A stretch of DNA of 64,000 bases from an uncultured Desulfatitalea sp. (lineage in GTDB: Bacteria > Desulfobacterota > Desulfobacteria > Desulfobacterales > Desulfosarcinaceae), in NCBI GenBank assembly GCA_963668675.2, contig CAXXMB010000002.1:2272001-2336000 (forward strand). The letters are read 5' to 3'. The translations under genes were made by a program, and so were the position numbers. Below the pieces are notes generated by a model that was given only the letters and a program-made list of their open reading frames with translations, was not told the DNA's origin and searched no databases. This document shows positions 9,701-16,835 of the stretch, piece by piece (position 1 is the first letter of the stretch; every line of letters starts with the position of its first letter).

Positions 9701-10243
9701 TCAGCCACAACCCACCAGATCCAGAAGCAAATCGGAAAGCCGTTTAAAGAATCCGATCCGCAGACGCTCAATCTTCAACGCCTCCTTGTAATCAAGGACA
9801 GCCGTATCCTGGCATTTGAACCTGTCCGGCTCAACCTGCAGGGCATAGGAGTTGACCTGTTGTTTCCAGAACCATTCCGCACAGCAGAACTGAATGTTAT
9901 CCGGGTCAAGCGATTCAGTTTGCTGTAGCGTTTGAATCAACCGCTCTCCCCGCAAGCTGTTCTCGACACAGATCGCAAGGTAGGCGATCCTGTAGGTCAC
10001 TGTTGAGATCGTATGGGTTGTCGGCAGGGCTGCGGTGTTGCGGGTATCACTCTGGCAGCCGTAAAGAAAATGGCCATAGCAGCTTTGCAGCGTAAAGCAG
10101 TAAGGCAATTGGTTGAATCTCTGGACAATGTCGATAATGGGCCCGTCAATTGCATCGCAGTTCAAGCGGGAAAGGTGTCTGTTGCGTTGATTTGGAAAAT
10201 CGGCGTTTTCCACCAGGGGTTTGGGGGGCAAAAAGGTTTCCAT
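9701..10243 (-). CDS. Cassette-like hypothetical protein (TLQSCYGH motif)
   Basis: 180-aa ORF from ATG 10243; stop overlaps an R''-like GCTGAAC. Confidence 0.75.
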   Translation of the reverse strand: METFLPPKPLVENADFPNQRNRHLSRLNCDAIDGPIIDIVQRFNQLPYCFTLQSCYGHFLYGCQSDTRNTAALPTTHTISTVTYRIAYLAICVENSLRGERLIQTLQQTESLDPDNIQFCCAEWFWKQQVNSYALQVEPDRFKCQDTAVLDYKEALKIERLRIGFFKRLSDLLLDLVGCG

Positions 10244-10328
10244 CTTAACAACCACCTGTAGCTGTTTTCTATCTGCTGGTCTCTCTGATGTGACGGCCGA
10301 AAATAGATCCTTAAGCAAATAACCAGAG

Positions 10329-11222
10329 TTATTTTGTTTGCAGTTTCTCGGCAGTAACAATGCAATGCGTACCGTTCACTCTTCCAATTCTCTTGCCATT
10401 TGGGTCGCTAAAATATGCCGCTTCAAGTCCTTTTGCATTTTTATGATCAATTAGCTGCATTGCATATCTATCAAGAAATTCCTCAATTTGTCCCTTCTCT
10501 ATTCCGAAATGCCATTGTTCGCCTGCACCGGATACTGTTTGTGCAATCCCCGTTTCACCATAATAAATTCCTTCACCTCGAAGAACAGACGCATAGATGT
10601 AGTCAAACACAACCCAACTTTCGATCCCAGCGTAATCCCGAATGGTTCGAAATGTTGTATCAACTGACTCGGGTTGTAAATACATCACCAGGCCCTCTAA
10701 TATAAACAGACTCCGTCGATTCATGCAGAACCCTGCCTCATTGAGTTTCATAGACAGTGATTCTTTATCAAAATCGATGGCAATAAATGTTAGGCTCGGA
10801 GGCACCGCCAAATTCCGTTTTTGATATTGATCAATTTTTGCTTGTTGTGTCACCATAACATCGAGTTCGAACACCCTGGTATTTCGAATTAAGTCCTGAA
10901 ACCGTAGAGATCGTGTGTCAAATCCAGCTCCAAATATCAGTACCTGGTCGAATTTTTCCGCCAAAGCCTGCTTAAAAACGGCATCTATGTATTTGGTTCG
11001 CGCGATGACATATTCATAAATGCCTTTAGGAGCTGCCACCTTTGTAAAGAGCATTCTTACCAGTGAGACATGAAGGAGCAGCTTTAGAGCCTTAGGAAGC
11101 AGCAAAGGGGCAATATGGTCGTTACTCTTGTAGTAATGATTTGTTTCCAGTGATGAACACGCACGGGACAAACAAGTCATCTCAGCTGTTCTTGAGGTAG
11201 TTGATTCGATCCTTCTTTTCAA
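10329..11222 (-). CDS. Cassette: class I SAM-dependent methyltransferase (LCM/YktD-like)
   Basis: ARTKYID, QVLIFGAGFDTR, FELD, EGLVMYL motifs; TTG start inferred after AGGTG. Confidence 0.85.
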   Translation of the reverse strand: MKRRIESTTSRTAEMTCLSRACSSLETNHYYKSNDHIAPLLLPKALKLLLHVSLVRMLFTKVAAPKGIYEYVIARTKYIDAVFKQALAEKFDQVLIFGAGFDTRSLRFQDLIRNTRVFELDVMVTQQAKIDQYQKRNLAVPPSLTFIAIDFDKESLSMKLNEAGFCMNRRSLFILEGLVMYLQPESVDTTFRTIRDYAGIESWVVFDYIYASVLRGEGIYYGETGIAQTVSGAGEQWHFGIEKGQIEEFLDRYAMQLIDHKNAKGLEAAYFSDPNGKRIGRVNGTHCIVTAEKLQTK

Positions 11223-11256
11223 GGCCAAACACCTATTTCTTATGCCTTTGCGATTT

Positions 11257-11318
11257 GCCCAAGGCCAAGCTTCACTATGCGCATGGTTTTTTCGATCCAC
11301 TGAAAGCACTGGTTGGAA
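11257..11318 (-). other. Degenerate attC site (62 bp)
   Basis: R'' TTCCAAC ... R' CTTGGGC (G>C). R'' is the complement of the GTTGGAA that starts the DUF3592 cassette. Confidence 0.7.
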
Positions 11319-11374
11319 ATTGGCTTAAAAGCAGAGGAAACGAGTGAGTACACACGGCACGCGTACCTTCTATT

Positions 11375-11818
11375 CTATTCTTTTTTAGATGGTGCCAAAA
11401 ACCCAAGCAAAACTGCTATGGCACCACAAAATCCGGCCACTGCAGGCCAGAGTAGCTCCTTTGGCCCGGCTAACCGTGGAGAATCTGATGGGTTCTTTGG
11501 ATCATAGTTCACCCTGATTCTTTGGCCGATCTCGTATGAACCTGACCCCGTGGTTGACAAAAACTTATACTTTTTCTCTTTTACAGTGAATTCCACAACC
11601 GGGCGATAAATCGTCGCAGTCGCACTTCTCGTTCCTGGCGACCGGTATTTTTCCTTTTTGAGGCTGATGATTGTTCCTTGGGTTGTATGCACACCTTTTC
11701 CGAAGTTGAAGATATCGGCATAAATGTAGATCCCAACGGCAATAAATGCCAAGCCTATCATAACAACCATTACCCGCTGAGGCATGGTTAGCGGTGTTAT
11801 TGATCCTTTTGCTTCCAT
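11375..11818 (-). CDS. Cassette: DUF3592-like membrane protein
   Basis: TM - GTII..YRPVVEF..IGQRIRVNYDPKNP - TM architecture. Confidence 0.82.
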   Translation of the reverse strand: MEAKGSITPLTMPQRVMVVMIGLAFIAVGIYIYADIFNFGKGVHTTQGTIISLKKEKYRSPGTRSATATIYRPVVEFTVKEKKYKFLSTTGSGSYEIGQRIRVNYDPKNPSDSPRLAGPKELLWPAVAGFCGAIAVLLGFLAPSKKE

Positions 11819-11855
11819 AATAACCTTTATTTTCGTAAATTAATTAATGATTAAG

Positions 11856-11915
11856 TTCCAACGTGGCTGCTCTCCGGTGCGAGGTGCGAGCGTCGGGGGC
11901 AGTAGGATGTTATGA
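11856..11915 (-). other. attC site (60 bp)
   Basis: TCATAAC...GTTGGAA with internal dyad CTGCCCCCG/CGGAGAGCAG. Confidence 0.85.
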
Positions 11916-12341
11916 ACTTTTTTCTCTTTTTGTAAGGTTGATATCCAATTCGTTATACATCTTACTTGCCGAAATCTCGGAATATCCTGACCCAAGTCCT
12001 ATCCCAATTCCGAGGCAATATACTACAGCGAAATATGGGATGTATGAGAGTGCGAGTATCATCACTATTAATTTGGGAAGTTGGAAGCCTGTCGCACCTG
12101 ATAACATACGATGAGTGATCAAAAAAACTGGGGTAGAACCATAAATAATTCCGAAAATTGTTAATGCTATTTTTGCTTTTTGGCCAAACTTTCGATTTTC
12201 TGGGGAAGTGGTTTTATACCCTTTTACCTGGCATATGAGAATTTTAAATAGCTGGTAGACAGATCCAACAACAAGTGAACCATAAATTAAAATTGGAATT
12301 AAAGGCTCTATGCGATCAAAATACCCATTATCTAATACGCT
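11910..12341 (-). CDS. Cassette: hypothetical membrane protein, no canonical start codon in the upstream part
   Basis: Frame is open for 144 codons between two attC sites, with several hydrophobic segments. The ORF track reports only the last 70 aa. Confidence 0.55.
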   Translation of the reverse strand, partial: SVLDNGYFDRIEPLIPILIYGSLVVGSVYQLFKILICQVKGYKTTSPENRKFGQKAKIALTIFGIIYGSTPVFLITHRMLSGATGFQLPKLIVMILALSYIPYFAVVYCLGIGIGLGSGYSEISASKMYNELDINLTKREKSS

Positions 12342-12470
12342 TCATAACGTTTGGCTCATGGACTTCAAAAGCATGCGGCATTCGCCAATAAAAAGTTAAA
12401 TGATGAAACCGTCATAGCTAAAATCGTTCGCCTTTTGTAGTCTTATGGAGCCGAAGGCTCAGAGTTATTT
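12342..12470 (-). other. Long attC site (129 bp)
   Basis: AAATAAC...GTTATGA with internal dyads (GGCTC/GAGCC, GGCGAA/TTCGCC-type). Confidence 0.75.
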
Positions 12471-12961
12471 CTTCAATCTTTCAGCTACTTCGGGCGGGGT
12501 AGCCTCAAAAGGAAGCAAGCCATAATCCTCTTTCGCATCAGGAAAAGAGTGCGCCATCGCAATCACGGTTATGATGTCACCTTTTTGATAGTCTGTTCTG
12601 ACAAGGGTGTCATTTACAACCACTTCTTGATCTTTCCATTTCACCAAATAGGATTTGTAAATTGCCTCGACATCTGTTGCGTAAAATACTTTTCCGGTTC
12701 TCTATGAAGGTTAAGTTAACATTCGAAATAGCAATTAGCGTCATTCCGGGCTTGACCCGGAATCCAGTATTTCCAATCTTTGCTGGATGCCGGATCAAGT
12801 CCGGCATGACGTTGCAGAAATTTTCGACATGCCCTTTATCCTTTTCATTCAAAAAGGAAATTTCGGTCTGAACGCCCTATAGCTGGCCAACTTAATCTTC
12901 ATAGAGAACCGGGTACAGAAATTAAAAAACAAAATATTATCAGAATCTTCAAATATTTCAT
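12465..12961 (-). pseudogene. Cassette gene interrupted by a MITE
   Basis: MKYLKILIIFCFLISVP (from ATG 12961) runs into the MITE end; KVFYATDVEAIYKSYLVKWKDQ... resumes on the other side. Confidence 0.7.
12694..12912. mobile_element. 219-bp MITE-like element with 24-bp terminal inverted repeats and an internal REP hairpin
   Basis: CCGGTTCTCTATGAAG(G/A)TTAAGTT at both ends (23/24 match). Internal GTCATTCCGGGCTTGACCCGGAATCCAG...CTGGATGCCGGATCAAGTCCGGCATGAC at 12740-12810. Confidence 0.8.
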
Positions 12962-12971
12962 TTTTCGCGCT

Positions 12972-13035
12972 TCCGAACACGTGAAGCTTAGCGGCGCGGC
13001 GGCTTGTCCGCGTCCGCTGGATAGCCTGGTTCAGC
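12972..13035 (-). other. attC site (64 bp, classical 59-be-like)
   Basis: GCTGAAC-CAGGCTATCCAGCGGACGCGGACAAGCCGCCGCGCCGCTAAGCTTCACGT-GTTCGGA. Confidence 0.88.
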
Positions 13036-14157
13036 GTGGCGGGTTCCTGCGTCCGGCACCGGTTCCATTTGATAGCGTTTAAGCAATGGGTCGCTCCGCT
13101 CCAGCACGCAACCCGGGTCTTTCTTTCCTGCGGCGTGGTTCTCCAAAAAAGCAATAGAGTACCGCCGGATAACCTCAAACTGCTCCTCAGTGCCGCTTAG
13201 CAGTTTCGTTCTGCGATTGTCCGTAAAGCGATTGTTGAATGAAAAATGGTTGGCCCCCTTGACCTCAAGGAAGTACTTCGGCATCGAAACACTTTTGTAG
13301 ATCTTGGCCGAAAGCTCCGACATTGTTTCGGAGCCGCGTCTTTGGTTTTCCTCTCGTTCTCCCATGAACAGCATGGAGGGGATGCGCACGGCCTTAAGCT
13401 CGTTTTCACTGTACAGGTAACCACCGGCCCCCGTCGAGAACAACAACACGGCCTTAATGCGGGGATCATGGCGCGCCTTGATTGTCCCGCTGAGCCCCAG
13501 TGCCGTGTATCCTCCAAAAGAATGTCCCCCGACAGCGATGCGGTCTCTGTCGATCAGTTTCCCGAACATATCGGAAGTCAGCATGTCATCCAGCACTAAT
13601 CTCATCTCGTCCAGTCGGTAAGAATACTTGCCGCGCTCAGCTGGGCCGGAAGCTGCTATCTCCTTGGCGTACCGCAGTAAACCGAGACGGTCGAAGCTCT
13701 CCTTTTTACCGGTGCGTATACGGACGGCCGAATACTTGTCATGGTGATCCGGACATGCCACGATCCACCCACGAGCAGCAAGGGCTTCGGTGAAAAATAC
13801 TGCGCTGAGCCCACTGCCTCCGTACCCGTGCGAAAATACCAGCAAAGGATAGGGGCCACTTTCGGCGCGGGGCGCTGCATCGACAGCAATGTTGCCGATT
13901 GTTGGTCCGCCGTAGATGTGCATCTTCGGCTGCGCCGCGGTTGGATACCACACGGCTACGGTGAGCGTTTGCTCCTTCCCGTCCTTTCGGTGCTTGAGAT
14001 CGAGGGCCTGATAACCAACTCCGAACCGAGGCTGGAGTGTTTCTCCTATTACGTCCGAGTTCACGGGCGTGCAACTCAGGAGGCCGAAAACAAGGAAAAC
14101 CTTGACCAAGCGCGCGATCAGCGGATAGCCTGTTTCAGCCTTCCAGATTGCTACCAT
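12988..14157 (-). CDS. Cassette: alpha/beta hydrolase (PAF-AH / predicted dienelactone hydrolase type), possibly a lipoprotein
   Basis: VWYP, VFSHGYGG, GHSFGG nucleophile elbow, GANHFSF; LLSC lipobox-like motif; stop lies inside the attC. Confidence 0.87.
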   Translation of the reverse strand: MVAIWKAETGYPLIARLVKVFLVFGLLSCTPVNSDVIGETLQPRFGVGYQALDLKHRKDGKEQTLTVAVWYPTAAQPKMHIYGGPTIGNIAVDAAPRAESGPYPLLVFSHGYGGSGLSAVFFTEALAARGWIVACPDHHDKYSAVRIRTGKKESFDRLGLLRYAKEIAASGPAERGKYSYRLDEMRLVLDDMLTSDMFGKLIDRDRIAVGGHSFGGYTALGLSGTIKARHDPRIKAVLLFSTGAGGYLYSENELKAVRIPSMLFMGEREENQRRGSETMSELSAKIYKSVSMPKYFLEVKGANHFSFNNRFTDNRRTKLLSGTEEQFEVIRRYSIAFLENHAAGKKDPGCVLERSDPLLKRYQMEPVPDAGTRHAEPGYPADADKPPRR

Positions 14158-14202
14158 ACCGATTCCACCCCCAGGCCGTAAAAATGTCTCATGCTCATTG
14201 CA

Positions 14203-14275
14203 TCCGAACGCCAAGGTTGAGAGGTGCGAATGAAGCGCAGCGCAATGAGCATCCTTCTCAAACCTCATGTTAGCA
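14203..14275 (-). other. attC site (73 bp)
   Basis: TGCTAAC...GTTCGGA with dyad AGGTTTGAGAAGGATGC/GCACCTCTCAACCT. Confidence 0.85.
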
Positions 14276-14292
14276 GAAAAATGATATGATTT

Positions 14293-14827
14293 TCAGATTT
14301 CATTTATTTTCATTTGTATATATGAAGAAAAATAGCCTCTATATTTTTCTTGCAGTTTAGCAATTTTTCAATCTGAGTCCTTTATTAGCCTACGACATTC
14401 TGAGGATCTACAATTGCACTGCATTGGCTCTTTATCGGCGCCAAACATTGCATAATCGATAGTCAATTCTTCGTCACAATTAATTTCGCGTATTGCGACG
14501 AATATAATCTGCCCAAGTATGCCAACGTTTGGCTCACAGGAATGATTTAAAAACATCATTACATCATCTACTTCTCGCGAATTAAACGGAGCAAGAACAA
14601 ATTCATCGGCAATTGGATATCCCCAATACCCTTCTGGTTTTTTAATTTCCGCCTCCATCTGCCGAGTTATAATATGCCCGCCCCCCTCTAACCGAAACAA
14701 TTTCGCCTTTCCGCATTGGCTCCTTAGCAAATAGACCAAGTCCCGCTGTGTCGCTTTTTTTTATTTCAGCCTTTATTGAGCGATATGATGCAGCATTTCT
14801 ACTGATGATTTCTGTATTGTCTATCAT
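14293..14827 (-). pseudogene. Cassette: SET-domain protein, frameshifted and nonsense-mutated
   Basis: GLGLFAKE in one frame; NHSCEPN, ELTIDY, CNCRSSECR in another. Shift at the G-run near 14680; TGA at 14368 is followed by in-frame KIAKLQEKYRGYFSSYIQ. Confidence 0.82.
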
Positions 14828-14880
14828 TTTTATTCAACCTCAATCTGGCTAACATAGAGTGGCAGCAGGCCATCGATCAA

Positions 14881-15342
14881 ATGGTTAAAGCGATGCGGTT
14901 CAAGCATCTTTCGTATCGCACCGAACAGACCTATTTGGTCTGGATGCGCTCTTTTTATTCATTTTTAAACGGTACTTCGCCGTGGCAATTGGAATCAAGA
15001 GATGTCATGCGTTTTTTAACCCATCTTGCCGTTGAACGCAAGGTTGCAAAAAGTACCCAAAATGTGTCTTTCAATGCCATCCTGTTTTTCTTCCGCAGGG
15101 TGTTGGATAAAGATATCGGAGCGTTGTGGCAGGCGGTGCGGGCCGAACGCAAGCAACGGCTGCCGGTGGTGCTTACACCGGAAGAGGTTCAACAGGTATT
15201 CGATCAGATGCGCGATATCCGTACGGTTCAGGATCTGCTCGGCCACGCCAATCTCCAAACCACGATGATCTACACCCACGTGGCAAGGCACAACAAACTT
15301 GGGGTGCGCAGCCCTTTGGAGCGTTGGCCTTCTGGCGGCTGA
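14881..15342 (+). pseudogene. intI: Integron integrase with in-frame internal deletion of the catalytic core
   Basis: [38 protein letters not shown] joined directly to [25 protein letters not shown]; only 153 aa. Confidence 0.9.
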
Positions 15343-15350
15343 CTCTCTCT

Positions 15351-16799
15351 TCAGGGCTTTTCTTCTATCCCGCACAGGTGTTTGGCGCGTTTTTGTTTCT
15401 CCTTCATGTTGACCAGCCGTGCGATCATGATGCGCTGGGCCTGGGGCGACCCGGCGCCGTGCATCGATTCGGTGAGATAGGCGACGGCCTGGGCGCCGAG
15501 GGTCATGGCTTCGATCAGTCTCAGGATGCGCATGCGGTTTTCGGTGGAGGTGTCGGCTTTGGCGCGGTAGTACTTCTCCATGAGCGGGCCTGTTTCGGGA
15601 GCGCGGAAGTCGGCCTCGGACGGCAGGGTCACCATGAGGCCGCCGGCAATGTCCTGGGCCAGGCGGGAGATGATGTAGGGGTACTGGGTGATGTTGTATT
15701 TGAAGACGTTGGCCATGAGCGCGTCGACGATGTAGGTGCCGCCGGGTTCGGCGTGGCCTTCGTGGGCGCAGGCCAGGGTGCCGCAGAAGAGGGCTTCGTT
15801 GAGGTGGTTCATCTCCACGATTTTGTCTTTCACGTGGGAGGCCTTGTCGGTGCCGTTGTATTCGGCGATGGTCTGGGTGGCGCCGATGAGCACGTCGCCC
15901 ACGCCCACCTTGCAGGCGTAGCTCTGGCGGTGGTAGGCGGTGAATTTTTCCACCAGCGGGCCGGTGAATTCGTACTCTTTGTACATGAAGACGCGTTCCC
16001 AGGGGATGAAGACGTCGTCGAAGACCATCAGCACTTCGTGGCCGCCGTAGTAAAGGTTGCCCATGTCCATGGGGTGGCCTTCGGTTCGGCGGGTGTCGCA
16101 CGACTGGCGCCCCATGATGTAGGTGATGCCGGGGTGATCGGCGGGAACGTTGAACGAGACGGCGTAATCTCTGTCTGCTTCGCGCATGGTGGCGGTGGGC
16201 ATGACGATGATTTCGTGGGAGTTGAGGGCGCCGGTCTGGTGGGCCTTGGCGCCGCGCACCACGATGCCGTCGTTGCGCTCTTCGACCACGTGCAGGTAGA
16301 GATCCGGGTCGGCCTGCTGGTGGGGGGGCAGCGAGCGGTCGCCCTTGGGGTCGGTCATGGCGCCGTCGCACACCAGGTCTTGCTCCTGCACGCGGGAGAG
16401 AAAATGGAGAAAGCGCCGGTTGTATTCGGTGCCCCTCTTCTGATCGATGGCGTGGGTGATGATCGAGAGGGTGTTGAGGGAGTCCATGCCCACGCAGCGC
16501 TGGAAGCAGCAGCCGGTGTGCGATCCGAGCAGGCGGCCCATTTTGGATTTGAGCACCAGATCGCGGCTGTTTTGGAAGATGTGGGTGAAGCGGTTGATCC
16601 GCTTGCCGGAGAGATGCGAGGTGGCGGTCATGACCTCTTCGTGTTCGGGCCGATGGGCCATCTCGTAGGTTTTGGCCACAGCGTTGCGCGACGGCCGGAT
16701 GATGGGGTCGGCGCCGATGTTGGTGATCTTTTTGCCGAACATGTAGACGGAGAGGTTGAGCTTCTCCAGGCTCTCTTCATATTGTTCCGGGGTCATCAT
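15351..16799 (-). CDS. abfD: 4-hydroxybutyryl-CoA dehydratase (HpaB/AbfD family)
   Basis: CFQRCVGMD, GAMTDPKGDRS, AYHRQSYACK, ESMHGAGSPQAQ motifs. Confidence 0.88.
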   Translation of the reverse strand: MMTPEQYEESLEKLNLSVYMFGKKITNIGADPIIRPSRNAVAKTYEMAHRPEHEEVMTATSHLSGKRINRFTHIFQNSRDLVLKSKMGRLLGSHTGCCFQRCVGMDSLNTLSIITHAIDQKRGTEYNRRFLHFLSRVQEQDLVCDGAMTDPKGDRSLPPHQQADPDLYLHVVEERNDGIVVRGAKAHQTGALNSHEIIVMPTATMREADRDYAVSFNVPADHPGITYIMGRQSCDTRRTEGHPMDMGNLYYGGHEVLMVFDDVFIPWERVFMYKEYEFTGPLVEKFTAYHRQSYACKVGVGDVLIGATQTIAEYNGTDKASHVKDKIVEMNHLNEALFCGTLACAHEGHAEPGGTYIVDALMANVFKYNITQYPYIISRLAQDIAGGLMVTLPSEADFRAPETGPLMEKYYRAKADTSTENRMRILRLIEAMTLGAQAVAYLTESMHGAGSPQAQRIMIARLVNMKEKQKRAKHLCGIEEKP

Positions 16800-16835
16800 G
16801 GGGTGTTTCTCCTTCACCTTTTTACTTTGGTGCTT

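Larger units (their letters stand above)
9677..15342. mobile_element. Decayed integron: cassette array (minus strand) plus defective intI (plus strand)
   Basis: Co-oriented AT-rich ORFs separated by attC hairpins, ending at a divergent integron-integrase remnant. Confidence 0.88.

Noticed and set aside
14368..14370. In-frame TGA in the SET cassette as selenocysteine
   Set aside because: The position corresponds to an expected Trp, no SECIS-like hairpin follows, and the gene is also frameshifted.
9677..14853. CRISPR array or prophage as the explanation for the AT-rich island
   Set aside because: No identical regularly spaced repeats and no cas or phage genes; the attC/intI structure explains it.
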